IMG/VR virus record: IMGVR_UViG_3300044693_000229
Coordinates: 3,963-67,962 of that record
From: a virus
Taxonomy: Duplodnaviria; Caudoviricetes
Length of the DNA: 64,000 nt
Direction: 5' to 3' (one strand)
Below are positions 33,672 to 43,571 of the stretch, piece by piece. The first letter of the stretch is position 1. Every line of letters begins with the position of its first letter. The translations under genes and the position numbers were made by a program. A model generated the notes under the pieces. That model ran no database searches and was not told where the DNA came from. It saw only the letters and a program-made list of their open reading frames with translations.

Positions 33672-35120
33672 ATGCCGGCGCAAAATCAGTCCGCCCGCAA
33701 AATTGACGCCAACGGCTTCCTTTCGGTGAAGGGTTGTCCCCTTTCTTCCTTCGGGATTTTCGATTATTCGGCTGCGCAAATAGGGTTGCCTGGCGATCCC
33801 TATCGCATCGTCAAGGTGTACCGTCCAGAGTCCGCAGTTAACGATCCAGAGTTGATCGCTAGCCTGCAGAACATGCCTTTCATCGTCGATCATGAAATGC
33901 TGTCTGGCTTTGAGAACGACACCACAACGACGGCACCCGAAGATTATGGTGTTGATGGCGTACTGACATCGAATGTGTACTACGCAAAGCCCTGGCTGCG
34001 CGGCGATCTCATGATCTACAGCCGAAAAGCGCAAAAAGAGCTGAAAAAGAAAGATAACTTGTCGCTCGGCTATTCGTGCGACTTTGAGCTGAACCCCGGC
34101 ACGTTTGAAGGACAACCCTATGAGGTCGTCCAAACGAACATGCGAGGAAACCATATCGCGCTTGTGGATGAGGGTCGTGTTCCGGGCGCGAGGGTGTTGG
34201 ATGGTCGTCGTCTTGTTTTTGACCATCTGAATTTTGATCAAGTTCGACCATCCGATGAGGATCAACACATGACAAAGCGAGCGTTGGACGCCAGCGCCGT
34301 ACTTGAACTGAAAGCTTTGTTCGAAAAGCTCAATGGTGCCTTCCAAAAGTTCCTTTCGGAAGAGTCTGCGGAGCCCGAACATCAAGCCAGCGGTGAAAGT
34401 GCGGTTGCCAGCGGCGAGGGCGGCGGCAGTTCTGAAGGGGACATGCAGCCATTGAATGCTGACGATCCGGACGGCGCCGAAGGTGCCGGGGCTGCCGGCG
34501 GCGTAGAAGGCGGCGGCGAAGAGCTTCCCGCACTCCTTAGCCAGGTCGAGCAATTGCTGGCGAGTATTCGCCAGGCGATTGGCGGCGAAGGTGCGGATGG
34601 CGAAGGCATGACCACTGGGGAGGGTCAGGTCAGCGATGAAACGCAAACGAACGTCGCCGAAGGCGAAGGGCAAGCCGTTGACGGCGAAGGCGGCGAAGGG
34701 AACCCGGAAGGCCTCACGGCCAGCGGCGCCGCCCGCGCATCCGAAGGCCCTGCCGCGGGCAAGCATCCCCATGCAGGTGATGCTGCGATTCGCCGTTTCT
34801 ATGCTGATTCTGCTGCTAAGGATCGCATCTACCACCGGCTTTCTAAGGTGGTTGGCGCCTTCGATCACTCGGCTATGGCGGCATCTGACGTCTATGCATA
34901 CGGGCTGAAGCAGTTCCAGAAACAAGGCAAATTGACGCATATCAAGGCTGCCGATGCCTCGATCGTGCGTTCCTCGATCGATGCTTATTTGGACGGCATG
35001 GAAACCGCTCAAAAGACGCATCGAACCAATGTGCAGGCAAGCATTCGCAAGACGGTCGCGGGGGATTCCGCATTGCCGTCCGATGATTCGCTGGACGCCT
35101 ACCTGGCTGGGAGCAAATAA
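33672..35120 (+). CDS. Prohead protease/scaffold (DUF2213-like)
   Basis: GIFDY, LSLGYSC, NHIALVDEGRVPGARVLD; acidic scaffold-like C-terminal half. Confidence 0.88.
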   Translation: MPAQNQSARKIDANGFLSVKGCPLSSFGIFDYSAAQIGLPGDPYRIVKVYRPESAVNDPELIASLQNMPFIVDHEMLSGFENDTTTTAPEDYGVDGVLTSNVYYAKPWLRGDLMIYSRKAQKELKKKDNLSLGYSCDFELNPGTFEGQPYEVVQTNMRGNHIALVDEGRVPGARVLDGRRLVFDHLNFDQVRPSDEDQHMTKRALDASAVLELKALFEKLNGAFQKFLSEESAEPEHQASGESAVASGEGGGSSEGDMQPLNADDPDGAEGAGAAGGVEGGGEELPALLSQVEQLLASIRQAIGGEGADGEGMTTGEGQVSDETQTNVAEGEGQAVDGEGGEGNPEGLTASGAARASEGPAAGKHPHAGDAAIRRFYADSAAKDRIYHRLSKVVGAFDHSAMAASDVYAYGLKQFQKQGKLTHIKAADASIVRSSIDAYLDGMETAQKTHRTNVQASIRKTVAGDSALPSDDSLDAYLAGSK

Positions 35121-35123
35121 GCC

Positions 35124-36095
35124 ATGTCGTTGCAATCTCAAGTCAACCGCAACTACACCGCGGGCTTCCCCGGCTCCATCGCCCTGGCCGGCCCGCATCG
35201 CGCGAAAGCGGCGCGCATCATGTCTGTGACCTTGGGCACCGACCCAGGCGCATCGACCAATCGGATCAGCCGTGCGTTTGGCTATAGCGGCGAGCAAGGC
35301 GAGTTGGGTGGAAGCACCCCGCAAACCGGCGTGATCGCGGCTGACGTGCCCGAAGTCGTGGTCGGCGGCCCGAATTTCTTCGGCATCCTGGGCAACCGTA
35401 TGCATTACGCTTTGTATGGTGATGCAAACGGCGCGCTTGACCCCGTGTTGGACTTGCCGCAGTACACCGAAGGTGAGTTCTTCGATATGGTCACGGGGTT
35501 GTTCGTTCAGCTGTTCAACGAGACCACCGGCACCAAGTCCATGACCCAGGGTGATGGTTTGGCATATGTGCCGAACAATATCGCCGTGGCGAACAACCCT
35601 CTTGCCCTGCCGTACGGTGCGTTGGTCAGCTTCCCGTCCACCGTTGCCGTTCCGACCGGGTTTGCAGCGGTCGGGTCCACCACGGGCGGCAGCTTGGCGG
35701 CGAACACCTATTACGCCAAGATCACGGCCCGCGGCGCCAGCGGTGAAACTACTCCTAGTGCCGAAGTCAGCACCACGACCACCGGCACAACGTCGTCCAT
35801 CGCATACAGCTGGACGCCCTCGCCGGGCGCTACCGGTTATGACGTGTGGATTTCGAATTCGACCGGTACCGAATCTAGCTACTTTTACGTAGCCGGCGGT
35901 AGTACCGCGACGTTTACTTACACTGGTCAATCGCTGACCGCCGGCACCATGCCGACCGCCAACACCGCTAGCGGTGCGGCCCCGACTGGTTTCATCATCA
36001 TTCCGAACGCACACATCCGTACTACCCAGTCTCTCGCGGCTTCGGCCCTGAATGCGCTGGTGGTAGGCGGTGCTGTTGTTCAGCTGACGCAATAA
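35124..36095 (+). CDS. Capsid decoration/cement protein with an inserted FN3-like domain
   Basis: Position before the major capsid gene; GFPG start motif; Thr-rich beta domain also present in the sheath. Confidence 0.75.
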   Translation: MSLQSQVNRNYTAGFPGSIALAGPHRAKAARIMSVTLGTDPGASTNRISRAFGYSGEQGELGGSTPQTGVIAADVPEVVVGGPNFFGILGNRMHYALYGDANGALDPVLDLPQYTEGEFFDMVTGLFVQLFNETTGTKSMTQGDGLAYVPNNIAVANNPLALPYGALVSFPSTVAVPTGFAAVGSTTGGSLAANTYYAKITARGASGETTPSAEVSTTTTGTTSSIAYSWTPSPGATGYDVWISNSTGTESSYFYVAGGSTATFTYTGQSLTAGTMPTANTASGAAPTGFIIIPNAHIRTTQSLAASALNALVVGGAVVQLTQ

Positions 36096-36109
36096 GGGGG
36101 CAAGACGTC

Positions 36110-37261
36110 ATGCGTAGCAATGTCGCTTTGCAAGTCTCGCCGACCCATTCGAGCCTCCGTGCTCGCCAGGTACGGCCTTACGTTCTGGACAAGAAAAAGA
36201 TTATCGATTCGGCAGTGTTCGCACTGAATCGAATCGGTATCACGATTCGTCCGGAATTCGTCGCTCAACAAGTCCACCATCTTCTGAGCGGGGCCGCGAA
36301 CGACGCGGCGTTTACCCCGGCTCAAACGGCACCCAGCGTGCCGACGCCTATTCAGTTCCTTCAGACCTGGTTGCCCGGCTTTATCCAGCTGATCACGGCT
36401 GCGCGCAAGATCGATGATCTGATCGGCATCAAGACGGTGGGTTCCTGGTCGGATGCTGAAATCGTGCAGGGCATCGTCGAGCCTGGCATGCTGCCGACCG
36501 AATACGGCGATTATACCAATCTGCCGTTGACCGATTGGAACACGAATTTCGAACGCCGTTCGGTGGTTCGTGGCCTGATCGGCATGCAGGTTGGTTTGCT
36601 AGAAGAAGATCGCGCATCGGCCATGCGTCTTTCCTCGTCCGACACCAAACGCCGCGCTGCGGCAGTCGGCTTGGAAATCATGCGCAATGCCATCGGCTTC
36701 TATGGCTGGTTGAACGGCAATAACCGCACCTTCGGTATCCTCAACGATCCGAATCTGCCGGCGTTCAATTCGTCCACGGTAACCGGTGGCTGGTCGGCGG
36801 GCACCTTTGCCCAGATCACGGCGGATCTTCGCGCCGCGGTCATCGGCCTGCGCACGCAGTCTCAAGACCTGATCGATCCCGAAAAGGTCGAGCTGACCTT
36901 GGCGCTGCCCACCAATCACGTAGATTACCTGACCGTTACCACCGATTTTGGTGTGTCGGTGCGTGATTGGCTCAAGCAGACCTATCCCAAGATCCGTGTG
37001 GTCTCGGCGCCGGAGTTGAACGCCTACAGTGGCACCAATCCGACGAACGAAGCGGTGTTCTACCTGTTCGCCGAAGAAATTCCCTCCGAAGTCGATGGAT
37101 CGACCGATGGCGGCGAAACCTTCGTCCAGTTGGTCCAGACCAAGTTCATGACCCTGGGCGTGCAAAAAGACGTCACGATGTACAAAGAAGGCTACTCCAA
37201 CGCAAGCGCGGGCGTCCTGTGCAAGCGTCCGTGGGCCGTCTACCGCGTGATGGGCATCTAA
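36110..37261 (+). CDS. Major capsid protein (DUF2184-like, HK97 fold)
   Basis: Size, position, strong codon bias; GFYG...GILNDPNL; followed by a terminator. Confidence 0.9.
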   Translation: MRSNVALQVSPTHSSLRARQVRPYVLDKKKIIDSAVFALNRIGITIRPEFVAQQVHHLLSGAANDAAFTPAQTAPSVPTPIQFLQTWLPGFIQLITAARKIDDLIGIKTVGSWSDAEIVQGIVEPGMLPTEYGDYTNLPLTDWNTNFERRSVVRGLIGMQVGLLEEDRASAMRLSSSDTKRRAAAVGLEIMRNAIGFYGWLNGNNRTFGILNDPNLPAFNSSTVTGGWSAGTFAQITADLRAAVIGLRTQSQDLIDPEKVELTLALPTNHVDYLTVTTDFGVSVRDWLKQTYPKIRVVSAPELNAYSGTNPTNEAVFYLFAEEIPSEVDGSTDGGETFVQLVQTKFMTLGVQKDVTMYKEGYSNASAGVLCKRPWAVYRVMGI

Positions 37262-37286
37262 TCGATCGGCGACGATCGATTTATCA

Positions 37287-37316
37287 AGACGGGCCGGCCA
37301 CCCCGGCCCGTCTTTC
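37287..37316 (+). terminator. Terminator after the capsid gene
   Basis: AAGACGGGCCGG-CCAC-CCCGGCCCGTCTTT hairpin. Confidence 0.75.
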
Positions 37317-37375
37317 AAAACGATGGCGCAGGCTGTAGGGGCTAAGTCGCCACGCACATAAAGAGGACTACGAAC

Positions 37376-37951
37376 ATGGCAACCGAACAGAGCAAGAAAG
37401 CCAAGGCCGCGAAAGCTGCGGCAACGGTCAAGAAAGCGAATGCAACGCCGCGTATTGGCGGTTCAGGCGATTATGTTTATATCGTCTCCACCATGGCCAA
37501 TGCGGTGAGTTATAACGCGCATATCACGATCGACGGCGTTCCGCGCATTGATCCCGAAAGGTCGATCACTATCCGCGGTGGCGCTGGTCTCCCCAGTCAG
37601 ACTAGCGGGTTCGGCGAGATTGTGCAGAACGAAGCCAATCAGATGCCGATGTGGACGCCGAAAGGCGCTGTCACGCCGATCCTTCGCGAGCGATATGCCA
37701 TTTTGAAAGACCATTGGTTGTTCAAGAAACATCTTGAAAAAGGCTATGTCACGGTTGTTGAAGACCCCAGCATCATGGGCAATCACAGCGCTGTGAAAAA
37801 GATCGTCGAAGGCATGGAAACCGACGATCCGCGCGCGCCGCTGAACGAGCAATCGTTCAAGCGCTACGCAGCAAAAGTGCAAGGAAAGAACTTAAAGATC
37901 GCCACCGATAAAAATGCGGCGTCGATGGAAAAGATAGAAAACTTCGGTTGA
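37376..37951 (+). CDS. Head-module hypothetical protein
   Basis: GAGGA RBS; synteny with PB1-like phages. Confidence 0.7.
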   Translation: MATEQSKKAKAAKAAATVKKANATPRIGGSGDYVYIVSTMANAVSYNAHITIDGVPRIDPERSITIRGGAGLPSQTSGFGEIVQNEANQMPMWTPKGAVTPILRERYAILKDHWLFKKHLEKGYVTVVEDPSIMGNHSAVKKIVEGMETDDPRAPLNEQSFKRYAAKVQGKNLKIATDKNAASMEKIENFG

Positions 37952-37972
37952 TACGCAGCGAGGCCGGACACG

Positions 37973-38428
37973 ATGGATTACAACGACGCTACGTTTCGCG
38001 CAATGTTCCCGGAATTCGTAAACGCCGCGACTTATCCGGCAGCGACGATACAGATATTTTGGGGCTTGGCGCAAAATTTTATCGTCATTCCATCGTGCCC
38101 GGCTGGCGCGTTTCTAAATGGCAACAATGCCGCCGCAGCGCTGAACTACATGACCGCGCATCTGTACGCTCTAAGCTTGGCGCAGACGTCATCCGGCCAA
38201 ACACCCGGTTCTGTTCAAGGCGGCTATGAAGTTAGCGCGACGATCGACAAGATCAGTGTACAGACCATGGCGCCGCCAGCCGATAACATGTGGAAATGGT
38301 GGCTTTCCCAAACGCCTTATGGCCAAGCCCTCGCCGCATTGCTCAGCGTTCTTTCGGTGGGTGGGACGTCAGTAGGCGGTTTGCCTGAGCGTCAGGCCTT
38401 TCGCAAAGTAGGTGGGGTGATCTGTTGA
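37973..38428 (+). CDS. Head-tail adaptor (DUF4054-like)
   Basis: FRAMFPEF...AHL...WLSQTPYGQ. Confidence 0.85.
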   Translation: MDYNDATFRAMFPEFVNAATYPAATIQIFWGLAQNFIVIPSCPAGAFLNGNNAAAALNYMTAHLYALSLAQTSSGQTPGSVQGGYEVSATIDKISVQTMAPPADNMWKWWLSQTPYGQALAALLSVLSVGGTSVGGLPERQAFRKVGGVIC

Positions 38429-38814
38429 TCCCCGGGTCGAATCTCTTCAATCGCGCGGCAAGGCTTATTCGCCTGTCGCCGATCCAGTATTACGCCATGG
38501 GGCCGCGAACACTGAACACCGTTGGCCAGTGGGTGGCGACATTCAATGCACCAACTCCATTGATGGCGAGCGTTCAAGCCGTGCCTCGGGATACTTATGT
38601 GAGAATGGGGCTTGATCTTCAACGTAATTACGTAAGCGTTTTTGCTTCCGTCGATGCGATCGATTTGGAACGCGACGCGCAAGGCGATAGATTTGTTTTT
38701 GACGGAAGCGAATACCAAATTGAAAGCGAGAATTCATGGTTTTTGCGCGATGGTTGGGCGGAATGCTTGGCGGTTGAAATAGGGGTGGGCACCACGCCTT
38801 TGACGAATCCATGA
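38425..38814 (+). CDS. Head closure/collar protein
   Basis: Position; ASVQAV...GDRFVFDGSEY. Confidence 0.7.
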   Translation: MIPGSNLFNRAARLIRLSPIQYYAMGPRTLNTVGQWVATFNAPTPLMASVQAVPRDTYVRMGLDLQRNYVSVFASVDAIDLERDAQGDRFVFDGSEYQIESENSWFLRDGWAECLAVEIGVGTTPLTNP

Positions 38815-39380
38815 ACGATAACCAGCTGCTAGGTCTTTTGGTAACGCAATTAAATGCTGCCGTAGCGCTGGCAGGATGGACGTACACCCCTCCAGGCTCA
38901 TCAACGGCAAAGCCGTATCCGGTGATCCAAAAGCAACAGCCGAATCAAGAAGGCATTCCGTATTCGCCGGCTGTGTTTTTTGAAAAGCTATTCGATGTCC
39001 CTTATGGCTATGCTGGCGTTTCGAACAGCTTCAATAGCCAAACGTCAACATTGACGCAAACGGAAACCCAAAACTACGAAACGACAATTCAGATCAGCGC
39101 ATTGGTCATTCAACAGCCATCGAATTTGTTGATTCCAACGGCATCAGACGTCGTAAATTTTTTGAAGCGGTTTATGACATCACGCGCTCAGTTGGCGACA
39201 TGGCAAGCGCAAGGCGTGAATATTCTGCGTCCAACGCATGTTGCGAATCCTTATTTCGAGGATGATCGGCATCGAAATGAAGCGTATCCAAGTTTCGATT
39301 TAGTTTTCACGCATACAAACTCGATTTCTCAACCCATCGGATATGTGACGACTGCGACAGGCGTCGATTATCCACTGTAA
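38811..39380 (+). CDS. Tail terminator/gateway protein
   Basis: Position in the neck module. Confidence 0.65.
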   Translation: MNDNQLLGLLVTQLNAAVALAGWTYTPPGSSTAKPYPVIQKQQPNQEGIPYSPAVFFEKLFDVPYGYAGVSNSFNSQTSTLTQTETQNYETTIQISALVIQQPSNLLIPTASDVVNFLKRFMTSRAQLATWQAQGVNILRPTHVANPYFEDDRHRNEAYPSFDLVFTHTNSISQPIGYVTTATGVDYPL

Positions 39381-39389
39381 TGGTGCGTC

Positions 39390-39908
39390 ATGGGCATCAA
39401 TACCGAAAAAGTGTTGAACCTGCACAAAAATGCGCTAAAAACGATCAACGGTCATATGATCGAAGCCGGTTGGTTTGAGACGGCCCGATATAGAGCCGTT
39501 GGAGGGAAAGACCAATCGAACGTGGGGCTGTCTGTCGCTCAGGTGGCACGCTGGAATGAGTACGGGACGACGCGATCCGTTACCATAACGGGAGAGGATG
39601 GGAAGCCAAAAGAAACGCGCGTGGAGCATGTTCCGGCACGCCCCTTTATGCGTTTTGCTATGGCATTATTCAACCGGGATAAAACGGACCTTCAAAGGAA
39701 AATCGCCAAGAACATCATGGATGGAAAAATTTCTCCCATGCAAGGCTTAGCGCAAATTGGTCTTGCAATGGAAGGTAAAATCGTGATGTCGATCAAAACG
39801 GGTCCGTGGTCGCGAAACGCGCCATCGACTGTTGCGGCAAAGGGATTCGACTCTCCCTTGCGCGATACAGGGCAAATGTTCAAAACGGTTTCAAGTAAAG
39901 TGAGCTGA
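39390..39908 (+). CDS. Virion morphogenesis (neck) protein
   Basis: NEYGT, PARPFMR, NAPST..KGFDSPLRDTG. Confidence 0.8.
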   Translation: MGINTEKVLNLHKNALKTINGHMIEAGWFETARYRAVGGKDQSNVGLSVAQVARWNEYGTTRSVTITGEDGKPKETRVEHVPARPFMRFAMALFNRDKTDLQRKIAKNIMDGKISPMQGLAQIGLAMEGKIVMSIKTGPWSRNAPSTVAAKGFDSPLRDTGQMFKTVSSKVS

Positions 39909-39967
39909 TGGCAGGCGCAACCGCGACGTCAACGGCGATTTCGTAAACACGCATCGGAGTAATCAAC

Positions 39968-41857
39968 GTGATCAGCCAGTCCCGATTCATAAATATCATT
40001 TCTGGCGTCGGTGCCGGCGCGGCCGTCGCTGTTCGCAATCTTGGCATGCGCATTATCACGCAAAACACTGCGTTGCCGCCCGGCGTTGTCGCCGAATTCA
40101 GCGGTTCGCAAATGGCATCGTCGGTGAGCAGCTATTTCGGCGCAACGTCCGAAGAATACAAGCGCGCATCTGCCTATGCAGGCTTTGTGTCGAAGTCGAT
40201 TTCGTCCCCGACGCTTATCAGCTTTGCGCGTTGGGTGAATACGGCCATCGCCCCTTCGGTTATCGGCGATACGACCACCAAGAATTTGGCCGCATTGCAA
40301 GCAGTAACCGCCGGAACGCTTAGCGTGCTCGATGGTACGTCGGTTATTCCCATCTCATCGATCAACCTGAGTACGGCAACCACCCTGACGCAAGTCGCCT
40401 CCCTCATTCAGACGGCCCTTCGCACGGCCCTGGTTGGCACGATCTCGGCGCCGACGCTTACCACGCCGACCACATCGACCACGGGCGGCACGTTGGCGGC
40501 GGCGACCTATTACTACAAGGCCACATGGCTGAATGCCAATGGCGAAACCAACGGCTCCAACGAAGTAAGCGTTACGACCACGGGGACTACCAGCTCCAAC
40601 ACGCTTGCCATCCCTGCGGCGCCGGCTGGCGCCACGAGCGGCAAGGTGTATCGCGGCACGTCGGCAGGCGGCGAAAGCGTTTATTTCACCATTACTACCT
40701 CTCAATCTACGTTCGTCGATACGGGCGCCGCAGGCACGGCGGGGACTGTTCCGGCTTCCAACACTACGGGCGCGGCAGACCCACAGCTGGCCAGCGCGAC
40801 CGTCACTTACAATACCAACACCAATCAATACGTACTGACCGGCAGCATTACCGGTACCGGCTCGCTGTCGGTCGTTCTTGGCGGCCAGCCGCCGGTCAGC
40901 ACGGACATTGCCGGCCTCTTGGGTTGGGGAACTACCGGTACGGTCAACGTGCCAGGCCAAGCCGCACAAACGGCCCTCCAGGCAGTCCAGGCAACGACGG
41001 CCATTTCCAACAACTTCGGGTCGTTCATTTTCGTGACGGGTTTGGCGTCAGCGCTGCAGCAGTCCGATTACACGGCCATTTCCAATTGGAACGCCACGCA
41101 AAACAATCAGTACGTATTCAGCATCCCGGTCACGATGGCCAATCTATCGGCAATGAATGCCGCAGTCGTTGGCAATGCCGGAACGTGTCTGAACTTGCTG
41201 TCTTCGACCTTGCCAAACGATTACATTGAGCAATCGCCGTGCGAGATCATCGCCGCGACGAACTATTCGCAGCGACAGGCATCGCAGAACTTCATGTTCT
41301 ATCAATTCCCGAACCGCAATGTGACGGTCACGGACGATACGACGGCGAACACGGTTGACAGTTATCGTTGCAACTACATCGGGCAAACGCAGTTCGAAGG
41401 TACGAATCTGGCTTTCTATCAGCGAGGCGTGCTGTGCGGCAATACGCAAACGGCACCCACCGACATCAATACATACGCGAATGAAATGTGGTTGAAGTCG
41501 GATATCGCTTCTGGTCTCATGACGTTCTTCTTGGCCATTCCCGAGGTTTCGGCGGATGCGGATGGCGCAGGTCAAATTAGCGGTGTGATTCAACAATCGG
41601 TCAATCGCGCGGTTCTCAATGGCACGATCGTGGCCGGTAAGACGTTGACGAACGCTCAACAAGTATTTGTAACGCAACAGTCCGGCGACCCGAATGCATG
41701 GAGACAGGTTCAAACCATTGGCTATTGGTTCACTGTTACGTTCAGCTCGCAAGTCAATTCGAATAACGGCCTGACGGAATGGTTTGCGAATTACATCCTG
41801 ATCTATGCAAAGAACGACGCCATTCGTTCGGTGCAGGGTCAAGACATTCTGATGTAA
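39968..41857 (+). CDS. Tail sheath protein (DUF3383-like) with an inserted FN3-like domain
   Basis: MISQSRFINIISG start; EMWLKS; C-terminal IYAKNDAIRSVQG. Confidence 0.9.
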   Translation: MISQSRFINIISGVGAGAAVAVRNLGMRIITQNTALPPGVVAEFSGSQMASSVSSYFGATSEEYKRASAYAGFVSKSISSPTLISFARWVNTAIAPSVIGDTTTKNLAALQAVTAGTLSVLDGTSVIPISSINLSTATTLTQVASLIQTALRTALVGTISAPTLTTPTTSTTGGTLAAATYYYKATWLNANGETNGSNEVSVTTTGTTSSNTLAIPAAPAGATSGKVYRGTSAGGESVYFTITTSQSTFVDTGAAGTAGTVPASNTTGAADPQLASATVTYNTNTNQYVLTGSITGTGSLSVVLGGQPPVSTDIAGLLGWGTTGTVNVPGQAAQTALQAVQATTAISNNFGSFIFVTGLASALQQSDYTAISNWNATQNNQYVFSIPVTMANLSAMNAAVVGNAGTCLNLLSSTLPNDYIEQSPCEIIAATNYSQRQASQNFMFYQFPNRNVTVTDDTTANTVDSYRCNYIGQTQFEGTNLAFYQRGVLCGNTQTAPTDINTYANEMWLKSDIASGLMTFFLAIPEVSADADGAGQISGVIQQSVNRAVLNGTIVAGKTLTNAQQVFVTQQSGDPNAWRQVQTIGYWFTVTFSSQVNSNNGLTEWFANYILIYAKNDAIRSVQGQDILM

Positions 41858-41865
41858 TGGATACG

Positions 41866-41900
41866 TAGACGTCTATGTGCTTAAGTACTTAGACGTCTAA
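41866..41900. promoter_or_regulatory. Tandem palindromes TAGACGTCTA, two copies
   Basis: 41866-41875 and 41890-41899 (second extends to TTAGACGTCTAA), 24 bp apart, between sheath and tube genes. Confidence 0.55.
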
Positions 41901-41928
41901 TCAACTTTCTGATTGAGGATTTAAGGTC

Positions 41929-42387
41929 ATGCAAAATATTTCCGCTTTTGGATTGAGTATCCAAATCTTCGCAAGTACCACGTACCCGAATGGAATTACG
42001 GTCCGCGAATTTGGCGACGACGCCGATCCGCTGGACATCCCTGATTTGACGATCGGCGATAGCGGCATGGGTACTAATGGAGATATGGTGGTGTGGTCGC
42101 GCCCGGAAGGGATCGAGATCGGAATCTCTGTCATTCCAGGGTCGGCCGATGACATTAACCTTTCGCAGATTCACGAAGCCAATCGCGTAGCCAAAGGAAA
42201 GGTATCGGCGCGAGATACGATTCAAAGCGTCATCAATTACCCATCTGGCGGCGTCGGTCGAATGATCAATGGCATCATGATTACCGGCCAGGTCTTGCCA
42301 GCGGTTGCAAGCTCTGGGCGGCTAAAGACCCGGACATACAAATTTCGATTCGAAACCGTTTCAAAGTCGGGATTTGTTGGAAGCTAA
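41929..42387 (+). CDS. Tail tube protein (DUF3277-like)
   Basis: Follows the sheath; FGDDADPLD, MGTNGDMVVW. Confidence 0.85.
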   Translation: MQNISAFGLSIQIFASTTYPNGITVREFGDDADPLDIPDLTIGDSGMGTNGDMVVWSRPEGIEIGISVIPGSADDINLSQIHEANRVAKGKVSARDTIQSVINYPSGGVGRMINGIMITGQVLPAVASSGRLKTRTYKFRFETVSKSGFVGS

Positions 42388-42390
42388 GCG

Positions 42391-42729
42391 GTGTTTCCGA
42401 TTCCGCTACAGCCGATTCCGGGACAAAGCGTATCGTTCAACGTTGATAACGCGTTTTGGCAACTGAAATTCTACCAATCAGTGAATTTCATGTGCTGCGA
42501 TATCACGGTGAACGGTACGGCTGTCATGAATGGCGTGCGCTGTTTTGGCGGCTTTCCTTTGCTGCCATATGGCTATATGTCAACGCCTGGATATGGCAAT
42601 CTGATCTTTGATAGCGATGGCGACTGGACGAAATTCGGTACAAGCTGCAATTTGTACTATTTGGAAGCAGCCGAATACCAACAATTTGAACTAATGATGC
42701 TGCTAGGCGTGAGTGCAAAGACGAACTAA
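42391..42729 (+). CDS. Baseplate component
   Basis: IPLQPIPGQS start; GNLIF...DWTKFG. Confidence 0.65.
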   Translation: MFPIPLQPIPGQSVSFNVDNAFWQLKFYQSVNFMCCDITVNGTAVMNGVRCFGGFPLLPYGYMSTPGYGNLIFDSDGDWTKFGTSCNLYYLEAAEYQQFELMMLLGVSAKTN

Positions 42730-43094
42730 TGGCCATTTCGACGCTACAATGCAACGCAAACGAGGATCTTTATCTTGTGGACGGTCGCAATTTGGGCGTC
42801 CTGACGGGAGTTGACGCATTGCTTCAAAGTGTGCGACAGCGCTGCAAGATGCGTTTGGGCGAGAACATTCACAACACGAAAGAGGGCGTCGATTATTTCG
42901 GCACCATTTTTTCGTCGCCGACGAATTACGATGCGGCCCGCGTTTCATTGTCGAATGCCATTTTATCAACGCCTGATGTGTCGAGCGTCGAATCACTAAC
43001 GATCACGGTCGCAAACAACCAATTTAGCTACATCGCCAACATCCAAACCGTTTACGGTCCTTTGACCGTTGATAGTGGCAATACCGCCCAATAA
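42729..43094 (+). CDS. Sheath initiator / gp25-like baseplate protein
   Basis: GENIHN..EGVDYF; IQTVYG. Confidence 0.75.
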   Translation: MAISTLQCNANEDLYLVDGRNLGVLTGVDALLQSVRQRCKMRLGENIHNTKEGVDYFGTIFSSPTNYDAARVSLSNAILSTPDVSSVESLTITVANNQFSYIANIQTVYGPLTVDSGNTAQ

Positions 43095-43108
43095 CTTAAG
43101 GATTTAAC

Positions 43109-43549
43109 ATGAACGCACCTAAGCAATATGTCCAATTTGCCGGCGGCGTACTTCACTGCAGCGATGGTACCCGCACCCAATTGACCCCCGATGGGCGCGT
43201 GCCGCAGCCGGCGCAGCCTGGAGCCGCTGCACGGCTCGTTGTAGCTCAGCCGTCCGCTGCGGACGAAGCCGCTAAACTGGCCGCCGAAGAGGCTGCCGCA
43301 GCTCAGAAGGCTGCCGAGCAGGCCGCTGCGGATGAGTTGGCCAAGGCAAATGCCCTGGCGGAAGAAGCTGCGCGCAAGGCCGAGGATGAACGTGCTGCCG
43401 AGCAGGCTGCTGCGGAAGAAGCCGCTAAACTGGCCGCCGAAGAGGCTGCCACGGCTCAGAAGGCCGCTGAGCAGGCAAAGGCCGACGAACAGGCCGGCGC
43501 GAAGGCAAAAGGCGCCAAGAGCGCCGGCGATAGCGCAGACAAGACCTAA
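43109..43549 (+). CDS. Ala/Glu/Lys-rich repetitive helical protein
   Basis: EAAKLAAEEAA(A/T)AQKAAEQA twice, with a DNA direct repeat near 43264 and 43417. Confidence 0.75.
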   Translation: MNAPKQYVQFAGGVLHCSDGTRTQLTPDGRVPQPAQPGAAARLVVAQPSAADEAAKLAAEEAAAAQKAAEQAAADELAKANALAEEAARKAEDERAAEQAAAEEAAKLAAEEAATAQKAAEQAKADEQAGAKAKGAKSAGDSADKT

Positions 43550-43571
43550 GCGCCGGCAACAGTGAGCCATC

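Noticed and set aside
33591-36092. 833-aa minus-strand ORF
   Set aside because: Antisense shadow of the protease and decoration genes, caused by their codon bias; Arg/Gly-rich with no motifs.
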